A program made the position numbers and the translations under genes. A model generated the notes under the pieces. It did not search any database and was not told where the DNA came from. It worked only from the letters and a program-made list of their open reading frames with translations. From a virus, in the IMG/VR virus record IMGVR_UViG_3300042013_000045, positions 64,001 to 128,000 of that record: a stretch of DNA of 64,000 nucleotides; one strand, 5' to 3'. Position 1 is the stretch's first letter; every line of letters starts with the position of its first letter. Below, piece by piece: positions 38,777 through 47,457 of the stretch.

Positions 38777-40063
38777 TTACTTGGCTTCGGTTTCAGCTAC
38801 AGCAGCTGGAACTTCGACCACTTCTTTTTCTTTCGACTGATTGACAATGAACTCCGCCATGTCCAACAGTTTCTTCTGGTCATCAGACATAACCGGAGCA
38901 CTACTACCCATCATGGTGCGGAACATGCTTGGCATATGCAGGTCCATCATCATGTTACGTTCGCTTGGGGTCTCGGACTTATCTTTGGTCAGCGCAGGGT
39001 CGTGGAAGCGATTGTTAACAGTCGCCTGCACAGTGCTACGCCATTCTTCCCGTGCCAACAGAATCAAATCGCCTTCCAATACGAACTGGCGCTCGACACC
39101 GAGGAAGGTTTCTTCGAGAACTTGGTTGCGAGCCTCGCCGTCGAAGTCGACCTTGTAGATCGGCTCTGGATCGGTTTCGGTCTTCAGTTCGAGGGAGAAC
39201 TTGCGACCTGGTGATGGTACCAGCTTGATGTAGCCGTAGAACGGTTCGCCTTTGTAGATGACCTTGCTTGGGGTCAGGTGCGGATAGACCGCAGGCGGGC
39301 AGTTCAGGATCTCGATCCGGCGGTTGAATTCCAGGTAGTTCCCGGCTTCAGCGGCGATCGGCATCAGGAAGCGCAGCATGTCGAACGTCACCGTGTTGGA
39401 ATGCACGTAGGCGTTGAGCATTTGAGCCATTTCATTGTCCAGGCCGTGGTCGTCCATCATTTCGATGATGGCCAGCGGGTCGAGGGCTTTGAAGTCGATG
39501 CGGAACAGGAAACGACCAGGGCGGTCGATCATGTACTTGTCGAGTTCCTTCTTGCTGTTGCTGGTGACGATGAACATCACCTTCTTGAACGAGGAGTCCG
39601 AGAAGTAGGTCAGCAGGTCACGACGTTCTTTGGCAGGATAGATCTTGCCGAACTCGTCGAAGTAGACGATGCAAGAACCCATCATGGTGGTGGCTCGCGC
39701 CAGTACCGATGGAGAGATAGCACGGTCAACCAACAGCACTGGCATGTACTTGGCCAGACCTTCGTTGCAGATGTCTTCGGCCAGAGCCGATTTACCTGCA
39801 CCCTTGATACCGCGCAGCAGGACACCCACGGAACCTTCTTGTTTATTGAAGGCTGCCATGATTTCTGCTTTGTTAGCGTTGTGCTTGCCGTAGAACTTTG
39901 CAGCCACGTCAAACTTCGGACGATCCGGTACCAGGAACAGATCGTTGGTCAACGGGTGTTCGCGCAGACGGTACACCATCGGTGGGACATGGTCGGTCAC
40001 ATTAGCGTCGCTGACGTGACGGATTACGATGGTGCCATCTTCGTTGAACAGTTTAGTAGACAT
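38777..40063 (-). CDS. AAA+ ATPase
   Basis: GIKGAGKS, YFDEF, TSN and DRPGRF motifs. Confidence 0.85.
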   Translation of the reverse strand: MSTKLFNEDGTIVIRHVSDANVTDHVPPMVYRLREHPLTNDLFLVPDRPKFDVAAKFYGKHNANKAEIMAAFNKQEGSVGVLLRGIKGAGKSALAEDICNEGLAKYMPVLLVDRAISPSVLARATTMMGSCIVYFDEFGKIYPAKERRDLLTYFSDSSFKKVMFIVTSNSKKELDKYMIDRPGRFLFRIDFKALDPLAIIEMMDDHGLDNEMAQMLNAYVHSNTVTFDMLRFLMPIAAEAGNYLEFNRRIEILNCPPAVYPHLTPSKVIYKGEPFYGYIKLVPSPGRKFSLELKTETDPEPIYKVDFDGEARNQVLEETFLGVERQFVLEGDLILLAREEWRSTVQATVNNRFHDPALTKDKSETPSERNMMMDLHMPSMFRTMMGSSAPVMSDDQKKLLDMAEFIVNQSKEKEVVEVPAAVAETEAK

Positions 40064-40128
40064 GGTGTTTCCTCAATGGTTAAGTGAAGCAAAGGTTGTG
40101 GGGATGGAATGTTCCATCCCCTCGGGTA

Positions 40129-40392
40129 TTACATGTTATCAGAGCCCGTGTTGATCACGCCCTTCTTGCAGATCAGACAGATGCAGTCGTGCTTGAAGCT
40201 CACGTCGAACCCTTCCTTCTGCAACTCCAAACCAACCTTACGGCCGATGAAGTGGCTGTCACAGAACTCTTCTAAGTCCTTGATCGACTGAGGCCATGTC
40301 TCAGGGTCGCCATCAAAGACGTACTGACGGTCAGGAACCGTAGCATCGCCTTCAACAGCTTCGATCAGGGCACGCAGCTTTTCAATATCCAT
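40129..40392 (-). CDS. hypothetical early protein
   Basis: 87 aa, AGGAG RBS, first gene after the promoter at 40451. Confidence 0.6.
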   Translation of the reverse strand: MDIEKLRALIEAVEGDATVPDRQYVFDGDPETWPQSIKDLEEFCDSHFIGRKVGLELQKEGFDVSFKHDCICLICKKGVINTGSDNM

Positions 40393-40437
40393 GGTGTTCT
40401 CCTTAAGAACGGGGTAGATAGAAGAGAATGTTCTTCC

Positions 40438-40480
40438 TATTCACCTCTACAATGTATTGCCAAGATATTTTCGAATTGAA
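40438..40480 (-). promoter_or_regulatory. phage promoter motif copy
   Basis: - strand TTCGAA-N13-TACATT-N6-GTGAATA. Confidence 0.7.
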
Positions 40481-40486
40481 GCGATG

Positions 40487-40521
40487 CGGCATAAAGCCGG
40501 GACCGAAGTCCCGGCTTTATG
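40487..40521 (-). terminator. UUCG hairpin + TTTATGCCG
   Basis: CATAAAGCCGGGAC-CGAA-GTCCCGGCTTTATG. Confidence 0.8.
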
Positions 40522-40773
40522 TTACTGGAAGAGCGCAGTATTCTTTGCGTTGATCTTCTCGATGTTGCTGTTGCATTCAGTTGTCTTCACTACCTGTCCC
40601 GTGTAAGCCTGGGTCATCATGACCAAACGCTCGTCCACACTCCCTCTCAGGTACGTTTGAGGTGAAGGGGGTTTAGCGTACTCGCACTCCGGCGTAGGGG
40701 TGTAGCTCCAACGTGTGCACCCTGCGGTAGTCACAACGACCACCATCAGGAAAATAACTGCTAATATTCTCAT
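40522..40773 (-). CDS. putative o-spanin (outer-membrane lipoprotein)
   Basis: Lipobox TAGC, Pro-rich segment and later Cys; follows an Rz-like gene. Confidence 0.6.
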   Translation of the reverse strand: MRILAVIFLMVVVVTTAGCTRWSYTPTPECEYAKPPSPQTYLRGSVDERLVMMTQAYTGQVVKTTECNSNIEKINAKNTALFQ

Positions 40774-40776
40774 GCG

Positions 40777-41277
40777 TTACTCCTTGCGGTAGGGCTTGCA
40801 GATCTCCGCCTTATGGTCAGTGGCGATGCAGTAAGCCTTCCAGCTATTGCTCAAAGCCTGTGTACCGATCTGATCGGAAGTAGCACGGTCTTTAGCGGTT
40901 CCCTGTACTTTCACAGGCACGATCTTGTCCTTGTACTTGGTCACTTCAATGACCTCAGGGACAGCTTTCGGTCCTTCGATCTGGATAGGTGGCAGGTCGT
41001 AACGAGCCATGCACAACAAGTCGATGTTCGATTGATCAAGGTCAGCGAACTTCTCTTCCCGTTGTTTCTGGGTATCGTCTACCGACTTGACACGTAAATC
41101 GAGACCCTCTGCCTTCTTCTTCCAATCAGCGGCAGCAGTCACAGCAGCGTCCCGTTCGCTGTGTAAATCCAAGACGTAGTTACCGAATGCAACAACAGCG
41201 ATGAGGCCTATGATGATCATAAGCGCTTTGACTGAGATTCCACCGATGAACGTCCTTAGCGCGGTTATAAAGCCCAT
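40777..41277 (-). CDS. putative i-spanin (Rz-like)
   Basis: N-terminal TM helix, coiled coil and C-terminal cysteines. Confidence 0.55.
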   Translation of the reverse strand: MGFITALRTFIGGISVKALMIIIGLIAVVAFGNYVLDLHSERDAAVTAAADWKKKAEGLDLRVKSVDDTQKQREEKFADLDQSNIDLLCMARYDLPPIQIEGPKAVPEVIEVTKYKDKIVPVKVQGTAKDRATSDQIGTQALSNSWKAYCIATDHKAEICKPYRKE

Positions 41278-41352
41278 GGCTATTTACCTGTAAGATGATT
41301 CATAGTAGACGGCATAAAAGGAGAGCCTAAGCCCTCCTCTTATGTTTAAGCC

Positions 41353-42144
41353 TTAGTAGGCCGATGCCTGAACTGGGTTCAGGTGAAGCAGTACGGACAA
41401 CGGTTGGGTCACCGAGGTGCTGTTGCGCGTGACGACAGCGGACAGTTTGGTCAGGCCACGGAACGCTTTGCGCTGGCTACGGCGGTTCTCGTAAGCCAGC
41501 ACCGCTTTCAACACGCTGGTGATGGTCTTTTCGATGGCCAGGCGCTTCTTCGAGATCTGCTTGGCAGTCACGTGCAGTTGGCGATAAGCAACGCCGCCTT
41601 TGTCGCTGAAGAAGTTGATGGTGTAGTCAGAACCCAGCGGATTAGTCTGTGCCAGTACGGTGTGGTCGATCGGATCGGTGTCCAACATGGTCACAACCGG
41701 CGGGGTAAACAAGGCGCGCTGTTCGAAACCGGTCGGCAGGGCTTCCGCTACAGCAGACTTGACATCGGCTGTTGGTTTGATCGCTGGCTTCGCAGTAACG
41801 CGCTTGGCGGCTGGTTTAGCAACAGGGGTCGCTGGAATAGCGGTCTTCTTGATGCCGTCAGCTGGGGCGATCTTGGCCACTGGCTTCTTCGCCGCCGCCG
41901 GCAGTACAGTGCCGACTGGTTTCTTACTGGCTGGCAGTTTCTTTGCAGTAGCCGGTTTAACAGCAGGGGCAGTTGGGGCTTTCTTCGCCACGGCGGGCTT
42001 CTTTACTGCTGGAGCCTTGATCGAAGCGGCCGGCTTTTTAGCGGCAGCAGGCTTCTTGGCTGGAGCAGGTTTCTTCGCTACTGGTTTGGCAGCGGTGGTG
42101 GTGGCTGGTTTCTTCGGTGCAGCGGCTTTCTTTGGAGCTGGCAT
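41353..42144 (-). CDS. histone H1/AlgP-like K/P/A-repeat protein with globular C-terminal domain
   Basis: About 130 N-terminal residues of (A)KKPA / KPAA repeats. Confidence 0.65.
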   Translation of the reverse strand: MPAPKKAAAPKKPATTTAAKPVAKKPAPAKKPAAAKKPAASIKAPAVKKPAVAKKAPTAPAVKPATAKKLPASKKPVGTVLPAAAKKPVAKIAPADGIKKTAIPATPVAKPAAKRVTAKPAIKPTADVKSAVAEALPTGFEQRALFTPPVVTMLDTDPIDHTVLAQTNPLGSDYTINFFSDKGGVAYRQLHVTAKQISKKRLAIEKTITSVLKAVLAYENRRSQRKAFRGLTKLSAVVTRNSTSVTQPLSVLLHLNPVQASAY

Positions 42145-42204
42145 GGAGTGATCCTTACTTCGTTATGGGAATGAAATGTTTCCCTCATATCTCGGATGAG
42201 GTGG

Positions 42205-42729
42205 TTAATTTTTAACCATGTCTCTAACAGTTACCACAGTGGTCAGTCGATCGTTCTTCAGTTTGATCTCTAGCGGGGTCGATGGATCGCCGGCCTTATC
42301 GTTGAGGTCGAACATAAAGTTCTGGATGTCAATCTGCTCACGATGCGACCAATGTTCCCAGTTGCGTTTACCGCACCCTGCTGTGACAGAGATCTTATCC
42401 GCCACGTGGAACTCAGGATCGCCACCCTCCTTAGGAAGAATGATCGTGTGCATCATAAAGAGAGAGCCTTCACCGCCCTGAAACTGTTTGCTGGCTACAC
42501 GCTTTACTCGGGAAGCGATGACCTTGGCCATGGCGACTTTGAAGTCGACACTTTCCTGAGCACTCATGTTGTACGTCATGCAGATGTCTTCGAACAACAT
42601 GACACGTAACTCGTTGTACAACAGTGTCGTGGCCGACGCCCCATCGAGGCCCGGTTTGGGGACTTCCACAAAGTAGAACAACGTGGATTCAATGTACGCC
42701 AAGGTCTTGTCAAAGAGTTCAGTCCACAA
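42205..42729 (-). CDS. hypothetical protein (start uncertain)
   Basis: 3' part of the 247-aa ORF; its upstream part overlaps another gene. Confidence 0.45.
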   Translation of the reverse strand: MWTELFDKTLAYIESTLFYFVEVPKPGLDGASATTLLYNELRVMLFEDICMTYNMSAQESVDFKVAMAKVIASRVKRVASKQFQGGEGSLFMMHTIILPKEGGDPEFHVADKISVTAGCGKRNWEHWSHREQIDIQNFMFDLNDKAGDPSTPLEIKLKNDRLTTVVTVRDMVKN

Positions 42730-43285
42730 CGCTGAGTGCTTCGGTGGGCGCTGGCCTTCCGTTGTGGGTTCTTCCGCCAGAGAGGGCTTCTGGCTCAACG
42801 TGGACGGTATGTCTGAGGTACTCGGCACCGAGACCGATCCACTCGGCCATCTCTGGCGTATAAGAGTGATTATCCACATTGCCAAGAATATCGGCCAAGT
42901 GCAAAGCAAGAAGATCGGAGATCTCTGCTTCCAGTTTGTAAACAACATACGTCACCTTTGGCTTATTAATTACAATGATGCATTGTGCTCGTGTTCCTCT
43001 GAATGCCTTTTCGAACTGCGACAGCTCTTTCAGATAGGGATCGTCGAAGGCGAAGGTCTCTTCACTGCACCAGCATATGTGCCAGTAGTGAGAGTCGTCT
43101 CCTTCCTTCAATGCGATGTTCCACTCTGAGTAGTTATAGCGAGTCATACTCAATGTCCCTTCGATGATGTTCACCGGGGACATGTCTAGATAGTCATCAC
43201 GTGTCGCTTGACTATCGTATAGGTAGTGTTCAAGGTCATTAGCGTCGAACCGAGACTGTGGATGGAAAATCAACAGCTTCTTCAT
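42719..43285 (-). CDS. hypothetical protein
   Basis: Likely start MKKLLIF. Confidence 0.55.
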   Translation of the reverse strand: MKKLLIFHPQSRFDANDLEHYLYDSQATRDDYLDMSPVNIIEGTLSMTRYNYSEWNIALKEGDDSHYWHICWCSEETFAFDDPYLKELSQFEKAFRGTRAQCIIVINKPKVTYVVYKLEAEISDLLALHLADILGNVDNHSYTPEMAEWIGLGAEYLRHTVHVEPEALSGGRTHNGRPAPTEALSVVD

Positions 43286-43348
43286 CGTAGTGGCTCTTAG
43301 TCTATTACAGGATTTGAGACAACATTCTAATTTAACGCAGGGATTACC

Positions 43349-43816
43349 ATGAAGAAGCTCTACCATGGATCAGGCTACAGTCAAGACGAGTTAATGCCGG
43401 GCATCAAACACTCGGGCAAGTTGGTGCAGTGGGACGGGACTGAATCCAACGAATGGCTGTACGCTGCTTCGTCTATGGAAGAGGCTGTCTCACAGGGGTT
43501 CGCTTCCACACTGGAGAAGCACTTCAACGTCTCGCGCTTCAAGTCTGACGGTAACAAGATCACCATCGAGATCGATAAGGGTCGTGTGCCCACTACGAAC
43601 GAGATGAAGGCTCTTGACGTCTGGCTGTATACCATTGACCATACTGACTGCTGGCGTCTCGTGCTCAACGCTACGAACGGTATCAAGGATGAGTACAAGA
43701 CTCAGGAGACCATCAAGGATTCGATCGTCAGTAAAGAGAAGGTCGACATCGCCAAGTGGTTCTCGGGTAAGCAGGTCAAAGTGGTCAGCGTGTCTAATCG
43801 CTCGTACGACTGGTAA
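43349..43816 (+). CDS. putative ADP-ribosyltransferase-fold protein
   Basis: N-terminal LYHGS, WLYAAS, VWLY and a late E; lone + strand gene. Confidence 0.4.
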   Translation: MKKLYHGSGYSQDELMPGIKHSGKLVQWDGTESNEWLYAASSMEEAVSQGFASTLEKHFNVSRFKSDGNKITIEIDKGRVPTTNEMKALDVWLYTIDHTDCWRLVLNATNGIKDEYKTQETIKDSIVSKEKVDIAKWFSGKQVKVVSVSNRSYDW

Positions 43817-43877
43817 ACAAAGAAAAAAAGGAAGGCAGAGATAGGGCGCCGTGAGGCGCCCTATCTATTCCGTCTCC

Positions 43878-44270
43878 TTAACGGTTCAGTACGAACGGCT
43901 TCAGATCACCGAGTGGAATGTACTCAGGGAGCAAGCCGGGGAAACGAGCCTCGATCGACCCATCCTCGTAAACCATGAAGCTGTGGATGGTACGCACAGC
44001 GCCGTAAGGCGTACGCACCAGTTGACCGACCTGTGGAATCCACTGGCCGTTCAGTTCCACCGACACCACAGGCTTGTCCGACCCTTTACCTTTGTCAGCT
44101 TCAACTTCACCGACGAGGGTACGTTCCAGGCGAGCGATGATTTCGCTGTTCATGGAACGATGGTGGGTACGGGCCACTTCCGCGATACGTTCACGCATGC
44201 CATCCGGCAGACGTACTACGAACTTATCAGCGGTACGGGACGAGTAGATTGCTTGTTTCAATGGTTTCAT
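43878..44270 (-). CDS. amrZ: AmrZ/AlgZ-like Arc (ribbon-helix-helix) regulator with non-host C-terminal domain
   Basis: [49 protein letters not shown] matches the Pseudomonas AmrZ N-terminal domain. Confidence 0.85.
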   Translation of the reverse strand: MKPLKQAIYSSRTADKFVVRLPDGMRERIAEVARTHHRSMNSEIIARLERTLVGEVEADKGKGSDKPVVSVELNGQWIPQVGQLVRTPYGAVRTIHSFMVYEDGSIEARFPGLLPEYIPLGDLKPFVLNR

Positions 44271-44338
44271 GTTAAGGCTCATTTCCAAGTGCGGCGAGAT
44301 TGCCGCGAGGTTAGATAAAGTGTTTTGTTGCGGTGTTA

Positions 44339-45205
44339 TCAGTACCGTCCGTTAAGGAAGGCCTTGGCTTCGAGGACTCCTACCTCGGTGGCTTCATTGA
44401 AGCGTTTGGTTTGGGTTACGGTACGGAATGTACCAGCCTCACGATCAGTGAGGTACAGCGCGTTCATGCTATTTTTGGTAACATGTACGATGCCGTATAC
44501 TTCGGTGCCCATTTCGCGGATCGGATGGTAGCCTTTGCTGTACTTGTCCTTGAGAGACAACAGGTGAGCATCATCCAGTTGATCCAGGATGTGGGACTTC
44601 TGTGCAATACGTGCAAAGAAGTTATCCCAGAAGCGCAGGTCAGCTTTCTCGAACTCTTGGACCTCCAACTCTAACGGAGCTTCCAGTTGATCGGTGTAGG
44701 TGAGATCACCCAGACACTCACGAGCAGCCTCACTTAATAGAGCAGCGCGGGGACCGCTTACTACGATCTCAGCCGCTACCGGTGTTTCATCAACAGGATG
44801 GTCGTCAGGGATCACCTGGACATCCACACCTTTGACGATTTCCAGCTCAACGTCGTGGTGACGAGAGTGAAGGATAGCGTCGCTGATCGCTTGTGGATCA
44901 TCAGCAGGAACCTTCAACACCGCACGATGATGAACATCGATGGTGGTGACGCCCTTGAGCTGGCCGCGCTTCTGAGCCATCTCAGCGATGTTCAGGCTAG
45001 GCGGCAGTACCACTTCGATCGGTTCCATTGGAGGAACTTCTTCCAGATGCACAACACCGTAGCGTTCCATGATGTTGGTACGCAACTGACCCTTGAGCGT
45101 TTCGACTGGGTCGATCGGAGCCGGTTCAACACCAGCAACCACAGTCCCCTTCACGCCACAGAAGCGACGTTTGATAGCAACAGCACCAGCGAGTAATGCG
45201 AACAT
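44339..45205 (-). CDS. hypothetical early protein
   Basis: Likely start MFALLAG with AGGAG RBS, after the promoter at 45266. Confidence 0.6.
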   Translation of the reverse strand: MFALLAGAVAIKRRFCGVKGTVVAGVEPAPIDPVETLKGQLRTNIMERYGVVHLEEVPPMEPIEVVLPPSLNIAEMAQKRGQLKGVTTIDVHHRAVLKVPADDPQAISDAILHSRHHDVELEIVKGVDVQVIPDDHPVDETPVAAEIVVSGPRAALLSEAARECLGDLTYTDQLEAPLELEVQEFEKADLRFWDNFFARIAQKSHILDQLDDAHLLSLKDKYSKGYHPIREMGTEVYGIVHVTKNSMNALYLTDREAGTFRTVTQTKRFNEATEVGVLEAKAFLNGRY

Positions 45206-45252
45206 AATGAATCTCCTGAAGATAAGGTTAAGAGCAGAAAGATTAGTCTCTC

Positions 45253-45295
45253 TATTCAACTGTACAATGTATGGCTGAAAATAATTGGAATCGAA
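45253..45295 (-). promoter_or_regulatory. phage promoter motif copy
   Basis: - strand TTCCAA-N13-TACATT-N6-TTGAATA; near-duplicate of 19442-19500. Confidence 0.7.
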
Positions 45296-45299
45296 CATA

Positions 45300-45336
45300 C
45301 GGCATAGAGGGAGAGCCATCAGGCTCTCCCTCTATG
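45300..45336 (-). terminator. hairpin + TATGCCG
   Basis: CATAGAGGGAGAGCC-ATCA-GGCTCTCCCTCTATG. Confidence 0.8.
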
Positions 45337-45337
45337 C

Positions 45338-45637
45338 TCACATGGTTGGACACCGTGACTTGGCTACAGCCAGAAACTCAGCGTGGATGTCAAACAGTTG
45401 ATCCATGGTGGTAGCGGTTTGTACAGCATCGATGAAGTGACCAGACGAAGCCATGATGTGCGATAGGAGCACACGTACGGCGTCAAACTCATCACCTACT
45501 AGCTTTTCCACGGGAGCGGTCTTCCACGTCTCCATGAGGACCCTGAGGGCGTTAGCGTTGCGATACACCTCTAACCACTTACCAGAGTTGCCACGGTCGA
45601 TGTTGATGCTACTGGTTACTTGAACGACTGGAGTCAT
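45338..45637 (-). CDS. hypothetical protein
   Basis: 99 aa, ATGA overlap with the upstream gene. Confidence 0.55.
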   Translation of the reverse strand: MTPVVQVTSSINIDRGNSGKWLEVYRNANALRVLMETWKTAPVEKLVGDEFDAVRVLLSHIMASSGHFIDAVQTATTMDQLFDIHAEFLAVAKSRCPTM

Positions 45638-46041
45638 GTGCGTTTGCCTTTCCAGCGTTTGCCCCCGAAGAGACGCACGCCGCCGTAGAAGATAGCGCTA
45701 CGCCAGAGGGCTACCCCCTCGTTACGCAATGCTCGGAAATAGATAGCGTCAGCGTCAGCCCGGTAAATGGTTGCACCGGAATCAGGAAGGCCGCCACCGT
45801 AGAGATAATCGTGGATGGTTGCTGCTTTATCCCCATACCCTGCCAACAGAGCGTAGATGATAAAGAAGCCAATGTCTCGCAAGGTTTTGATCGAGGCAAA
45901 GTCGGTGAAGCTGTTAGCAGGTGCGGTGATCACACCATAAACAGCATCGACACAGCTGAACGGTGCCAGCAGCATCTTCTTACGTTTGCCTACGTGACGG
46001 GTGTCTAAGTTGCCAAAGACAGATGTATCGGTGTCAGCCAT
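45634..46041 (-). CDS. DUF1353 family protein
   Basis: P...TDFASI, AA.IHDYLY, R.DAD.IY, GV and GVRLFG motifs. Confidence 0.75.
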   Translation of the reverse strand: MADTDTSVFGNLDTRHVGKRKKMLLAPFSCVDAVYGVITAPANSFTDFASIKTLRDIGFFIIYALLAGYGDKAATIHDYLYGGGLPDSGATIYRADADAIYFRALRNEGVALWRSAIFYGGVRLFGGKRWKGKRT

Positions 46042-46096
46042 GACAGGTTCCCTAAGAACACAAAAAATAAAGGTACTTCATATCATCACGGCATAA

Positions 46097-46857
46097 GAAA
46101 GGAATGGCCCCCACTCATCTAAGACTCTCGATGTATCCCCTAGCCCTTGGGCTGGTTCAATCATGGAGTCGGTAGTGAGAGGAGGCACATTGATACAGCT
46201 CGCATTGCCTAAGGAGGGATGCGATGAGGGACGTCTATCCCTTATAAGGCGGAACTTAATCCGTTTTGGCTGTTGTCGGTTCGGCCATGGGCTTACAGGG
46301 TCTGGAACCCTGGGCTTGGGGCCGTAGTACTCGTCATGCGGCGTGGTAATGTGAACAGTACAACCTGCTGAACGGCGGCCTGTTCGGGCGACTCGAAGGT
46401 TTTACCCGGACGATGTCGAACGAACTTGGCGGCAACCGGGACTGTGTAAAGCGACGCATCGCTATTCACTCCCGTGGGTGCAAGTTGAACATGGCAGGCT
46501 TCGGGTTGTTTATACCCGATAGCACCGGCATTACTGAAGCACATTACTAATCCGCAGACAATTGCGGCGAAGCTCAGTTCAAGGTCCTTAGAGGGATACG
46601 TTTTCCCTCGGAGTAGGAGTTCATATTTTGCAATCACGTATCAGGCGCCCCCAGACGACCACCTTATGGTCGCGGGGATGCCGTCGCACGGACAGCGTGG
46701 TAGGGTTTCGCGGTATCATCGGCACGGCGTGGATGCGTATCCAATCAGCGCGGAGCGACGCAAGAACTTGCGCCCTCCAAGTGCTGTAGGAAGCCCTAAG
46801 CGTCCTAAACACATCACGCAATGCCGAGAACAGAGACGGCATTCAGAACATCCTTTT
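46097..46857 (+). ncRNA. candidate giant structured non-coding RNA (~760 nt)
   Basis: About 20 helices found by eye, including long-range stems, with G-U wobbles consistently on the + strand; no credible ORF. Confidence 0.65.
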
Positions 46858-46908
46858 ACAAACTACCGGCAATCTTTTCATCATAGCACATTGATATCAT
46901 GGAATTAT

Positions 46909-47457
46909 TTACCGGCGTTCGAAGTCCAGTTGGTAAATGTGACTGAGGAAGTCGTGACCGTGTTCGAGGAGTACTTCGCTTACATTCTCGTTGGACGACA
47001 TCTTCTTCATCTTTACAATGCGCCCGTTCTGCACAGTAAGTCTGACATAATAGCCAAACTCTTGCAGGTTAGTGTTCAGGTCGATGGTGTGAGGGCCATG
47101 TACTTTCCAATTCGCGCCCTCGAACAAGTTGATACCCACACGAGAGACCGTCTCAACCTCAACCGTGGGCACAACTTCAGCCGATAGATGAGACGCTAGT
47201 ATCACCGCAGCGTACATCTTCGCGTGGATAGCTGCCTGACCACCAGTGAGGGACATCAGTTCCTCGAGTTCGGCGACTTCGCGCTCCATCTCCAGTTTAC
47301 GGAACTCTTCGAGAAGCTCCTCCAGTGGTCTCCAGTGCGTGGTTGTCCAGATACCGTACACTTCACCCTCATCGTCGGTGATGAGCTTTACAGGACGTAG
47401 GTTATTGATCACTGGTGGGCTCCCCTTTAGGTCGGACAGGTGTAGTTGTGCAATCAC
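46909..47457 (-). CDS. hypothetical protein (paralogue of next ORF)
   Basis: PVKL..D..GEV.GIW N-terminal motif. Confidence 0.55.
   Translation of the reverse strand: MIAQLHLSDLKGSPPVINNLRPVKLITDDEGEVYGIWTTTHWRPLEELLEEFRKLEMEREVAELEELMSLTGGQAAIHAKMYAAVILASHLSAEVVPTVEVETVSRVGINLFEGANWKVHGPHTIDLNTNLQEFGYYVRLTVQNGRIVKMKKMSSNENVSEVLLEHGHDFLSHIYQLDFERR

Noticed and set aside
40522-41277. Spanin pair without an adjacent endolysin or holin as a novel lysis system
   Set aside because: Dispersed lysis genes are common in jumbo phages.
46548-46568. AATCCGCAG and AATTGCGG resembling group I intron Q and P elements
   Set aside because: They are in the wrong order, form a local hairpin, have no recognisable R/S elements, and no interrupted gene flanks them.
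46293-46842. ORFs of 114 and 73 aa within the structured region
   Set aside because: Atypical codon and amino-acid usage and weak RBSs; dense pairing explains the sequence better. Translation is not formally excluded.
46097-46857. tmRNA, tRNA cluster or RNase P RNA as the identity of the structured region
   Set aside because: No GGGG..ACCA acceptor ends, T-loop cloverleaves or RNase P P4 consensus were visible by eye; a covariance-model search is still needed.
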